Source: Chitinophagales bacterium
Lineage (GTDB): Bacteria; Bacteroidota; Bacteroidia; Chitinophagales; Saprospiraceae
Assembly: GCA_013298845.1 (NCBI GenBank)
Contig: JAAFJN010000008.1
Span: 67,823-131,822, forward strand
DNA: 64,000 nt
Direction of reading: 5' to 3'
Below the pieces are notes generated by a model. That model was not told the DNA's origin, did not search any database, and worked only from the letters and a program-made list of their open reading frames with translations. The position numbers and the translations under genes are program-made. Positions within the stretch are counted from its first letter, which is position 1. Each line of letters begins with the position of its first letter. Of the stretch, positions 8,918 through 17,233 are shown piece by piece.

Positions 8918-11746
8918 TCAAGTGCGGCGTTTAGGGGGAGTTGGCTGCAAGCGATTGTTAGCACCGACTATTTTTATATTATGGGCTTCACATTTATCTT
9001 CAGTATCAATTGGTTGAAAAGTTACTTCTTGGCCTTGGAGGAAAACTGAAACTCGTTCAATTTTGGGGTTAAAGTTGTTTAAATGTCCGAAAAATGTTTT
9101 TTTTGTGTTATTTTCTTCTATGATTACGAATCTCCTATTTACATTTACAGACACAATAAAACCGAGTGCTGTAATTGTAGAATCAAAGTAATCAAGCATT
9201 TTTGAAATTTTTTCACGTAAATAAATATTTTCTGGAGCTTTTAAAATTTGTGTGTGTTTAAATTGCCCATTATATATATCAACAATTTTTTTAAGTTCAA
9301 AATACTTATTGTTGTCGATAAAATAAATTCCAAGTTCAGATATAGCAGTTAACTTAAGTTTTCCTTGCTTATAAGTCTTATTGGGGTAGTCAATAACCTG
9401 ATATAGATATTGAATAGCCTTGCTTTCATTGCGCTCTTTGAGGTATAATAATCCAATTTTAAGACACGCCCTTGTGACGGTATCATAAACTTTAATATCT
9501 TTTGTGTTTATACTTAATATTTTTTCGCACTCTTTTATTGCTTGTTGATACTTTAATTCAGCAGCTCCGAAATTTCGATCGCGTTTGTGAAAATCTCCCC
9601 AACCTATATAGTTTTCAGCTATGCTTGTTCGATTTATAATCTCATGTTTTAAGGATGAAAAGACAGAATCAGGTTGAATTGCTTTTTGTAATAATAAATT
9701 TGCTTCTTCGTGTTCCCCTAAAAAACTTTTCGATTGCCCGTACGCGTTAAGGACTATTGGATCATTTGGAGCGATTGAGTACGCAATTGCATATTTTTTC
9801 TGTGCATCCAAATCCTTACGACTCTTTCTATATATGTTACCCCAAATAAGATAGATTTGCGGGTCTGTTGGATCTAGTATAGCTGCTTGCTCCATTAGCT
9901 TAGTTGCTTCACTCAAATGATTTTCATAGGACTCCATGATTGCCCAGTTTCTAAAAATTGGTGAAAACTGTGGTGCGACCTTAATCGCTCGTTTATACTC
10001 CTCGACGGCCTCTGCATAATTTCCAGATTGATATTTTTGAAAAGCTGTTTGGGCGATAATAGTAGCGATCTTTTCCTCATCCGTCTTAGCTCCAAAATTG
10101 TATAAACTATATCGGTATTCCTTTGCTGCTCGTTCACTTGTTGTAACAGAACTTTCTACCTGATTGATTCTTGCGTTTATGAACTCCCTTATTTCTATAT
10201 TTTTGTTAAGTTGTATTCTTGTGTACCCCTTGGTCAAAGGCAACAATGTGTATTTTGTTATAATTTCCTTTTTTTCATTTTGAAACTGTTCAGGTATTAT
10301 GAAAGAACATAAAACTAACTCTTCTATAATATCTTCAAACAATTCTTCCTCAATATCAACTACATACTGAATGAGACTTGCGGTTGGCGTCGAATTAAGT
10401 AAACTAATTGTATATAGTACTTTTTTTCTATCGTTTCCTAATGAATTAAATATCTGTTCATAACAAAATTTAGAAATATCGCTCTCCGTGCTACTGATAT
10501 TTTCAATCACTTTATTTATTTCTTTCCCACGGGCGACCTGTCCAATAACCCATTTTATCGCTAACGGATAATTTGAAACCTTTGAAACATATGTTTGGAT
10601 AACATCATCATGCAGGGAAACTAACCTCGTCAACCCTTTATCTTTGCATATTTGTCTAAAAAGGTAAATTGCTTCTTTTGACTTAAGTTCTTTTAGTTCA
10701 TACCTTCTTTCTAATTGTCCAATCCCTTTTCTTGAAGTTATAAGAAATTTCACCTTCATTGGTGCATCAAAAATAAAGTTTATAATTCTTTGATCAGTAA
10801 TTGTTTCTAGATTGTCAACTACAATAAGAATTTTGTTGCAAATATCTAGTATTTCATTAACAAATCTATCTTTGTCTTCAATCGCACTATTGGATATCCC
10901 TGAATGAAAATCAAATATTTCAATTATAGTATCAAGCAATTCTTCATAATTTTTTAAGGTTGGCTCAATATCTTCAATCCCCAATGCTGTAAGTTTGTTT
11001 TCCTTTGCACTCAACCAAATTATTGCATCAAAACTGTTTTTAGAGTGTTTTTCTGTGTAATCTTGCAGTATTTTTAATGCTAAAGCGGTTTTGCCCACTC
11101 CTCCAGATCCTGTAATACTAATTACAGGGAATTTTTCACTTTCTAAATATTGTGTTATCTTTTTTATATCTTCATCTCTTCCAACAAATCCTCCTTCGTA
11201 TTCAAAATCTGGGACTGGTATATTATTTATAATCCCAGATTTAGAATACCTATCTTCAATAAAATCGGATGGAATTTTTATAATTACAGAATTAGGGTCT
11301 GTTTTTATTAGTGTTATGAATTTACCATAATCCTCAAATTTAAGTGCATAAGAGATTATGGAACTCAGTTCAATAAGTTTATCTAAATCAATACTGGTGA
11401 AATAACCCTTTACATGGGCAATTTTACAACGGAGCGAATACAGTTCATCCATTGCTGAAGAAAAGTCGTTCTTTGAAATGTCATTCTTTAAAATGATTTG
11501 ATGATTACCCTTAAATAACGTAATTTCTTTTAAATCAGGAAAATCTGTCTCATCGAAAAAATCAGTAACTTCTTCCCAGTCTTGACCGTTTTTCCTTTCT
11601 TCACATTTCTTTATTATTCCGCTAGGAACATTTTCGCGAAAATCTGAACCCATCATGGATAGTTTTTCAGCCAAAAACAGTCTAAACGAACTTTCAAATC
11701 TTGAAATAATCGTATAGCCGGCATCTCTTCTGTTATTTATTATCAT
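8918..11746 (-). CDS. STAND NTPase with N-terminal HEPN-like domain and C-terminal TPR repeats (Avs-like antiviral STAND candidate)
   Basis: 942 aa; Rx4H motif RCKIAH at about residue 115; Walker A ISITGSGGVGKTALALK at about residue 215 with NB-ARC-like downstream region; C-terminal half with repeated TPR-like Y/A/K-rich helices; gene body about 30-35% GC versus flanks. Confidence 0.7.
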   Translation of the reverse strand: MIINNRRDAGYTIISRFESSFRLFLAEKLSMMGSDFRENVPSGIIKKCEERKNGQDWEEVTDFFDETDFPDLKEITLFKGNHQIILKNDISKNDFSSAMDELYSLRCKIAHVKGYFTSIDLDKLIELSSIISYALKFEDYGKFITLIKTDPNSVIIKIPSDFIEDRYSKSGIINNIPVPDFEYEGGFVGRDEDIKKITQYLESEKFPVISITGSGGVGKTALALKILQDYTEKHSKNSFDAIIWLSAKENKLTALGIEDIEPTLKNYEELLDTIIEIFDFHSGISNSAIEDKDRFVNEILDICNKILIVVDNLETITDQRIINFIFDAPMKVKFLITSRKGIGQLERRYELKELKSKEAIYLFRQICKDKGLTRLVSLHDDVIQTYVSKVSNYPLAIKWVIGQVARGKEINKVIENISSTESDISKFCYEQIFNSLGNDRKKVLYTISLLNSTPTASLIQYVVDIEEELFEDIIEELVLCSFIIPEQFQNEKKEIITKYTLLPLTKGYTRIQLNKNIEIREFINARINQVESSVTTSERAAKEYRYSLYNFGAKTDEEKIATIIAQTAFQKYQSGNYAEAVEEYKRAIKVAPQFSPIFRNWAIMESYENHLSEATKLMEQAAILDPTDPQIYLIWGNIYRKSRKDLDAQKKYAIAYSIAPNDPIVLNAYGQSKSFLGEHEEANLLLQKAIQPDSVFSSLKHEIINRTSIAENYIGWGDFHKRDRNFGAAELKYQQAIKECEKILSINTKDIKVYDTVTRACLKIGLLYLKERNESKAIQYLYQVIDYPNKTYKQGKLKLTAISELGIYFIDNNKYFELKKIVDIYNGQFKHTQILKAPENIYLREKISKMLDYFDSTITALGFIVSVNVNRRFVIIEENNTKKTFFGHLNNFNPKIERVSVFLQGQEVTFQPIDTEDKCEAHNIKIVGANNRLQPTPPKRRT

Positions 11747-12086
11747 ACTTTGTTTTGTTTTTATTTTTAGTGCTAACTACTGCGCTACCGCAACCCAACC
11801 ACCGATATCTACCATTCCTACGCATCAAAACCAATTGATGATCAAGAACTTACAAAAATAAACCCGTAGTAAACCAACCACCGAATAAGTAAACCAGTAG
11901 AACACAACAGTGCAAGCAATAAATAATTTGAACTCACAAATATACAGGCCATTTTCATGTCTCCAAACCATCAAGTTATTTTTTTCATATTTTTCATGCT
12001 TTTTTGTAATATAGGTATATAACTTCTTTGTTTTAACACTTGTAAAATCCTTGCTGGTGCGTGGCTCCTGTCAGATCCTACTATTT

Positions 12087-12505
12087 AACGCTTTACCGCC
12101 GGATTACTTCTGCTATCTGATATCGTACATCATCAATCATATATCAAAAAAACATACGGACAAAACGCACAAAATACGCAAAGAAGACGTGGAAAATGGC
12201 GCTCACATAGAATCCAATCTGCTCTGAGACGTCATCCACTCCGTGCCTCCGGGATGCACATCTCGACGCAGAACGCTTTACCGCCGGATTACTTCTGCTA
12301 TCTGATATCATACATCAAAAAACACACGGACAAAATACGCAAAAAAGACGTGGAAAATGGCGCTCACATAGAATCCAATCTGCTCTGAGATGTCATCCAC
12401 TCCGTGCCTCCGGGATGCACATCTCGACGCAGAACGCTTTACCGCCGGATTACTTCTGCTATCTGATATCATACATCATCAATCATATATCAAAAAAACA
12501 ATGGC
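12087..12505. repeat. 2.4 tandem copies of a 160-185 bp non-coding repeat
   Basis: Unit begins AACGCTTTACCGCCGGATTACTTCTGCTATCTGATATC; copies at 12087-12271, 12272-12432, 12433-about 12505; copies 1 and 3 carry a TCAATCATATATCAAAAAA indel absent from copy 2. Confidence 0.8.
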
Positions 12506-12559
12506 GTTGTTTCCCCTATCTGTACTGAGCATGTCGAAGTATAGCGTTACCTTTGCCAA

Positions 12560-13426
12560 GTGAAAACCGGAATATTACTTGTACTGTGTTGCTTTTTTGC
12601 GCAAACGACCGTTGCACAAAAAAGAAAATTGCGCCTCCCGCCGGAAATGCGGGAAATATCGGGGTTAACGTACCTGCCCGACGGTACCTTGTGGGCCATT
12701 AACGACAGCGGAAACGAACCCGTTTTGTACCAGTTAAACCCCCATAACGGCCAAATTCTGGCCGCGCAGCCCTTACCCGTTCCCAACGTGGATTGGGAGG
12801 ATCTACAAACCGACCCCAACGGCAACTTCTGGATTGGCGACGTGGGCAACAACCAAAGCAAACGCCGAAAACTCGTGTTTTACCGCTACCACCGCGCAAC
12901 GGGACAACTCGATTCCACGGTGTTTTCGTACCCCGACCAAACGGAGTTCCCGCCCGCTACCCAAGTGGCCCGGGCTTTTGATTGTGAGGCTTTTGTGTGG
13001 GCCAACGATACCCTGCACCTGTTTACCAAAAGCCGGTTTGCGGGCAACCATTTTACCAAACACTACCTGATACCCGCGCAACCGGGGGTACAAACGCCCG
13101 TTTTGCGCGATAGTTTTTATTTGCCCAAACGCGCCGTAACGGGGGCCGCCCTTAGCCCCGACGGCAAAACCCTGGTGTTGATTGCTTATTTTGTCAAAAA
13201 ACGCTGGTTCCGGGTGCCTTATACCCGCGCCACGGCTTATTTTTTTTCAAATTTCCCAAATCAGCGCTATTTTTCGGGTCAAATGACCAAAAAGCGTTTG
13301 CCTAAATTTGCCGTAGCCCGTCAATTTGAATCGGTGGCCGCAGGCCCCAACGGCAAATGGCGGTTGGCAAACGAAGGTATTCTTTGGCAAAAACCACGTT
13401 TATGGACCATCCGGGGAAAATATTAA
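12560..13426 (+). CDS. hypothetical secreted beta-propeller-like protein (SdiA-regulated/phytase-like family guess)
   Basis: Signal peptide; ISGLTYLPDGTLWAINDSGNEPVLYQL pattern. Confidence 0.45.
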   Translation: MKTGILLVLCCFFAQTTVAQKRKLRLPPEMREISGLTYLPDGTLWAINDSGNEPVLYQLNPHNGQILAAQPLPVPNVDWEDLQTDPNGNFWIGDVGNNQSKRRKLVFYRYHRATGQLDSTVFSYPDQTEFPPATQVARAFDCEAFVWANDTLHLFTKSRFAGNHFTKHYLIPAQPGVQTPVLRDSFYLPKRAVTGAALSPDGKTLVLIAYFVKKRWFRVPYTRATAYFFSNFPNQRYFSGQMTKKRLPKFAVARQFESVAAGPNGKWRLANEGILWQKPRLWTIRGKY

Positions 13427-14466
13427 TTACGGCCCTCAATTGGGGTTTAGGACACGCCACCCGCTGCATTCCGCTGATCCGGGCGCTGGAACAACAGGGC
13501 TACGAAGTGGTGCTGGCCTCCGACGGGGTAGCCATGTACCTGCTCCGCGCCGAGTTTCCGCACCTCCCGGTAGTGGAATTGCCCTCGTACCGCATCCAAT
13601 ACCAAAGCCACAATATGGTGCGCAATATTGCCCGCCAATTGCCGCGTATTTTGTGGGCCATTCGGGCCGAACACCGCGTTACGGCCCGGCTGGTGCGCGA
13701 ATGGGGCATTACCCACGTCATTTCCGATAACCGGTACGGCTGCCGCAATGCCGCAACCCGCAATATTTTGTTGACCCACCAATTGCATTTAAAAGTCAAC
13801 AATGGTGTGCTGCAATGGTGCGCCAATACCCTGCTCAAATGGGTCATTCGCCGTTTTGATGCCATTTGGGTACCCGATGCGCCCGCTCCCCGCGATTTGG
13901 CGGGCACCCTCGCGCACCCGCCCCTCGATCACCCGCCCGTGCGCTACATCGGTTTGTTGTCGCGGATGAAACCGGGGGCCGCCGAACCCGATTACGATGT
14001 CGCCATTGTATTGTCCGGGCCGGAACCTCAGCGCACCATTCTGGAACAGCGACTGACCGAACAGGCCATTGCGTTGCCGTATAAATTTATCATTGTGCAG
14101 GGCAATCCACGGCAGAAATACCACCATTTTGTGTCCGATAACGTGGAACTGGTGTCGTTTCTCACCTCCGAAGAACTGAACGAAGTGCTGCTGCGCAGTC
14201 GGGTGATTGTGTGCCGTTCGGGGTACAGCAGTCTCATGGATTTGGCGGTATTGGGCAAAAAAGCGGTGTTGATTCCCACGCCCGGCCAAACGGAACAAGA
14301 GTATTTGGCCCAAAAACTATCGGAGCAAGGTTGTTTTTTGGTGCAACACCAAGACAGCATTGACCTGGAACTGGCCTTGGAAGCGGTGGAAAACACCACC
14401 GGTTTACAAATGGAGCCGCCCACCCCGGAAGATTTTACGGCATTGTTACGGGCAGAATTAACGTAG
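13402..14466 (+). CDS. glycosyltransferase (GT28/MGT-like, MurG-related fold)
   Basis: N-terminal GLGHATRCIPLI motif and C-terminal GT-B nucleotide-binding half; ATG at 13402 overlaps upstream gene by 25 nt. Confidence 0.7.
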   Translation: MDHPGKILITALNWGLGHATRCIPLIRALEQQGYEVVLASDGVAMYLLRAEFPHLPVVELPSYRIQYQSHNMVRNIARQLPRILWAIRAEHRVTARLVREWGITHVISDNRYGCRNAATRNILLTHQLHLKVNNGVLQWCANTLLKWVIRRFDAIWVPDAPAPRDLAGTLAHPPLDHPPVRYIGLLSRMKPGAAEPDYDVAIVLSGPEPQRTILEQRLTEQAIALPYKFIIVQGNPRQKYHHFVSDNVELVSFLTSEELNEVLLRSRVIVCRSGYSSLMDLAVLGKKAVLIPTPGQTEQEYLAQKLSEQGCFLVQHQDSIDLELALEAVENTTGLQMEPPTPEDFTALLRAELT

Positions 14467-14552
14467 AAATTGCTTAAAAAAACACCACTTTGGCCTCCTT
14501 TTCAATTTATGCATCATACATTTTTAAGGACCAGAATTTCTAAACAGCAGAA

Positions 14553-14594
14553 GCCTGCTACTTACTTTTTGGGTACAAAAAGTAAGTAGCAGGC
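14553..14594. repeat. 18-bp perfect-stem hairpin GCCTGCTACTTACTTTTT-GGGTAC-AAAAAGTAAGTAGCAGGC; related copy at 31465-31500
   Basis: Perfect inverted repeat read directly; shares CTTACTTTTTGG...CAAAAAGTAAG core with the 31.4 kb copy; between convergent genes, possible bidirectional terminator. Confidence 0.6.
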
Positions 14595-14689
14595 ACAAAT
14601 ACCATATTTTACCCCCGATGGCCTCGTGGAAACAGAGCATTTTCGGCTCCTTCCACATTCAAATCAATAGCGTTTGTGACAAAATCGGG

Positions 14690-14745
14690 GCAGCATTACC
14701 AATCCCGGTCCGACCTTTACCGGTGCGGCCTTAGAAAAATCCGGG
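14690..14745. repeat. dispersed about 48-bp intergenic repeat (second copy 31262-31310)
   Basis: CAAATCCCGGTCCG(A/T)CC-TTTAC(C/T)GGTGCGGCCTTAGAAAAATCC(G/C)G shared with 4 differences. Confidence 0.6.
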
Positions 14746-14760
14746 CATGATCTCCAAAAA

Positions 14761-16080
14761 CTACTGCTTCACAAACAGGATTTGCTCCTGATCATTAATT
14801 TGCAAAAAATACGTTCCGGCGGATAATTCCTGCGCCAATGGCCATTCCAGCGACGTTGCGGGTTCAAAGGTATTGGACAAAACCAAGGCACCCTGCGCAT
14901 TGTACAACGCCAAGCGAATCGCGTCATTGCCGGGTTCTTCCACCTGAATGCGCAATACATTGTCCACCACCGGATTCGGTGCAATCGCGTAAGAAGTCCC
15001 TTTTTCTAACACCACCCGTACTACTTTCGACAACGTAAAAGCACCGTCCAAATCCGTTTGGCGCAGGCGATAATAGTTTACACCCGGCAGCGGAGACGCG
15101 TCCACCCAACGGTAAATACTGGTAGTGAGTACGGTTCCTTTCCCGGCTACTTCACCAACGGGTGTCCAGTTTTCGTTGTTGGTGCTGCGTTCTACCACAA
15201 AATGGCTGTTGTTAATTTCCATGGCCGTCGCCCAGTTGAGGTGCACCTGTCCGGCTTTAGCCCAACCCTTAAATTCAGTCATTTCTACGGGCACCACCAA
15301 CGAATAATTGGAGCCGCCGTTGTTGCTAAATGCCAAAGTGGCCATATCGGTGAGCGTAGGCGCGCCGTTCAGGCTACTGGCAGGCAGGGTAGAGGTAAAC
15401 GCGTAATAAGTGACCGTTGTACCCGCCAACTGCGCCGGAACGGTAAACGTTTGGGTGGAGGTGCCGTTGCCGGTGGCCGCACTCAACAACGTGCCGTAGC
15501 CCGATGAAAACGCATTGGTGCTGTAACGCACGTACACTTTTTCCTGCGCCGACGGATTATTGTTCAGTTCCACCGTAATGGTCATCGGGTCGGAGGGCGT
15601 AGGAGTAGCCGGACTGGCCGTTACACTACTGATTCCCACCAGCGGCGCATCCGTTTCCTGAACGAGGCCAAAAGCATTGGAGGAGGTATTCACGTCTTCC
15701 CAGGTAAACGCGTAATATTTGCCATTTGTAATGGCAAATGATCCCGCTCCGCCGTTGCCGTCACCGTAGTTAAATGCCGTACCCATTGTGCCAACGGTAA
15801 GTCCGCCGGACCATACTTTAGAGCCACCGGGCGCGTTAAAATTGTTGTCAAAGTTCTCGTTTTGGTTATTGATTTTGTAAAAATTGGAGATGGTTCCGGT
15901 TGCCTGAAACGCAAACAGGTGGTTTTTTACACCCAAATTTCGATACGTGGCGGCTATACCGTTGTTGCCCCAGTTACCCGTATTGCTGTGGTATAAATAA
16001 GGAATAGTCGTCTGCGCGGAAAGCAGTGACGAGGCCACCAAAGCGATGGCTAAAACAAAAGGTTGGTAAAAAAATTTCAT
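14761..16080 (-). CDS. T9SS C-terminal target domain-containing secreted protein
   Basis: Signal peptide; C-terminal Por/T9SS sorting domain (…SAGTYFLQINDQEQILFVKQ). Confidence 0.65.
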   Translation of the reverse strand: MKFFYQPFVLAIALVASSLLSAQTTIPYLYHSNTGNWGNNGIAATYRNLGVKNHLFAFQATGTISNFYKINNQNENFDNNFNAPGGSKVWSGGLTVGTMGTAFNYGDGNGGAGSFAITNGKYYAFTWEDVNTSSNAFGLVQETDAPLVGISSVTASPATPTPSDPMTITVELNNNPSAQEKVYVRYSTNAFSSGYGTLLSAATGNGTSTQTFTVPAQLAGTTVTYYAFTSTLPASSLNGAPTLTDMATLAFSNNGGSNYSLVVPVEMTEFKGWAKAGQVHLNWATAMEINNSHFVVERSTNNENWTPVGEVAGKGTVLTTSIYRWVDASPLPGVNYYRLRQTDLDGAFTLSKVVRVVLEKGTSYAIAPNPVVDNVLRIQVEEPGNDAIRLALYNAQGALVLSNTFEPATSLEWPLAQELSAGTYFLQINDQEQILFVKQ

Positions 16081-16113
16081 GATATGTATAGAATAGAATA
16101 GAAAATGAACACT

Positions 16114-17208
16114 TTAATGTTGCACGACCAATCGTTGTTCCAGCCGGTCGGTGCCGTGCAATAGCGTAATGATATACGTTCCCGACGGCCAATCCTGCAC
16201 CGAAATGGCAATATTGTTGTTCCCGGACACCAAAGAATGCCGGGCACTGTACCGCACACTTCCGGCGGCATCTACCACTTGTACCGATACGGTGCGTTCC
16301 GTGCGCGAACCCACGGTCAGGGTCACCTCCCGCGATGCCGGGTTGGGCGCCACCGACAACCGCAACGGATTTTGGGGGAAACGCACCGAACGAACGGGCG
16401 AATACGAAGATGAACTATCCGCGTCAAATTGTTCCAGGCGGTAATACACCAAAGCCGTTTCCGGTACCCGCTCGTCGAGGTAACTGTACCGGGCCGATGG
16501 TTGATTGGTGGCCGCCGTGCGCGCAATGGGTTCAAAACGAACCCCGTCCGTGGACCGTTGAATGGAAAAATGGCTCACCTCGGTTTCGTTTTCGGTTTGC
16601 CATGTCAACCGAACGTTATTGGCTTCGCGGGTAGCGTTAAAGGCCAATAAATCGAGCGGAGCCGGGGCACACACGGCATTATTGTTGTTGTTTCCGTTGT
16701 AAAATTCAAAATTAATCAGCCCGTTAACCAGGTTGTTTTTAAAATCCTGGCCACCCGGCATTTGAGATGAATTAGGATCGGTGGCATTGGAAAACAGGCG
16801 CACATCGCTGTTGCAACCGCCCGGTAAAGTAAACGTAAACAACGTAATGGAACTGCCACCGGCAACCGATCCCATATTGCCACCCAAGGTAGCCACCGCC
16901 ACAAAATTATTGCTCGGAGCCGCCGCCGGGGCGTTGACAAACGTATTGGCCACCCATTGGTTGGGCGAACACGGGCTGGCACAAGTGACGGCAATACCCG
17001 CCGTGCTCATGGCCGCAGGGGTAACAATGGTAATTTGAGAACTGCCCAAAAACAACGGCGTGGTCCCGCTCACCACTTCCATTTTTACCACGTAAGCCGA
17101 TCCGTTCCAGGAAATGGACAATCCGGCGTTTTGAGCATTGGCCCGTAAACCCACCGTAATGAGTGCGCCAACGCAGCATAATATGTATAAAAAGTTCGTA
17201 TTTTTCAT
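16114..17208 (-). CDS. T9SS C-terminal target domain-containing secreted protein
   Basis: Signal peptide (MKNTNFLYILCCVGALITVG); C-terminal T9SS domain (…SGTYIITLLHGTDRLEQRLVVQH); start chosen at internal Met so it does not overlap the amylase stop. Confidence 0.6.
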   Translation of the reverse strand: MKNTNFLYILCCVGALITVGLRANAQNAGLSISWNGSAYVVKMEVVSGTTPLFLGSSQITIVTPAAMSTAGIAVTCASPCSPNQWVANTFVNAPAAAPSNNFVAVATLGGNMGSVAGGSSITLFTFTLPGGCNSDVRLFSNATDPNSSQMPGGQDFKNNLVNGLINFEFYNGNNNNNAVCAPAPLDLLAFNATREANNVRLTWQTENETEVSHFSIQRSTDGVRFEPIARTAATNQPSARYSYLDERVPETALVYYRLEQFDADSSSSYSPVRSVRFPQNPLRLSVAPNPASREVTLTVGSRTERTVSVQVVDAAGSVRYSARHSLVSGNNNIAISVQDWPSGTYIITLLHGTDRLEQRLVVQH

Positions 17209-17233
17209 AATTTTTTTAAAAAAAAGCCTACGA

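Noticed and set aside
8744-9049. 101-aa ORF spanning the OmpA/STAND intergenic region
   Set aside because: It overlaps the STAND gene 3' end and the terminator palindrome. No support.
12087-12505. CRISPR array
   Set aside because: Units are 160-185 bp with no alternating unique spacers. No cas genes are present.
13789-14423. Antisense ORFs inside the glycosyltransferase gene, and similar ones inside alaS (36531-38015), the histidine kinase (5959-6870) and the SPFH gene (47590-48456)
   Set aside because: They overlap confidently assigned genes on the opposite strand and have no recognisable motifs.
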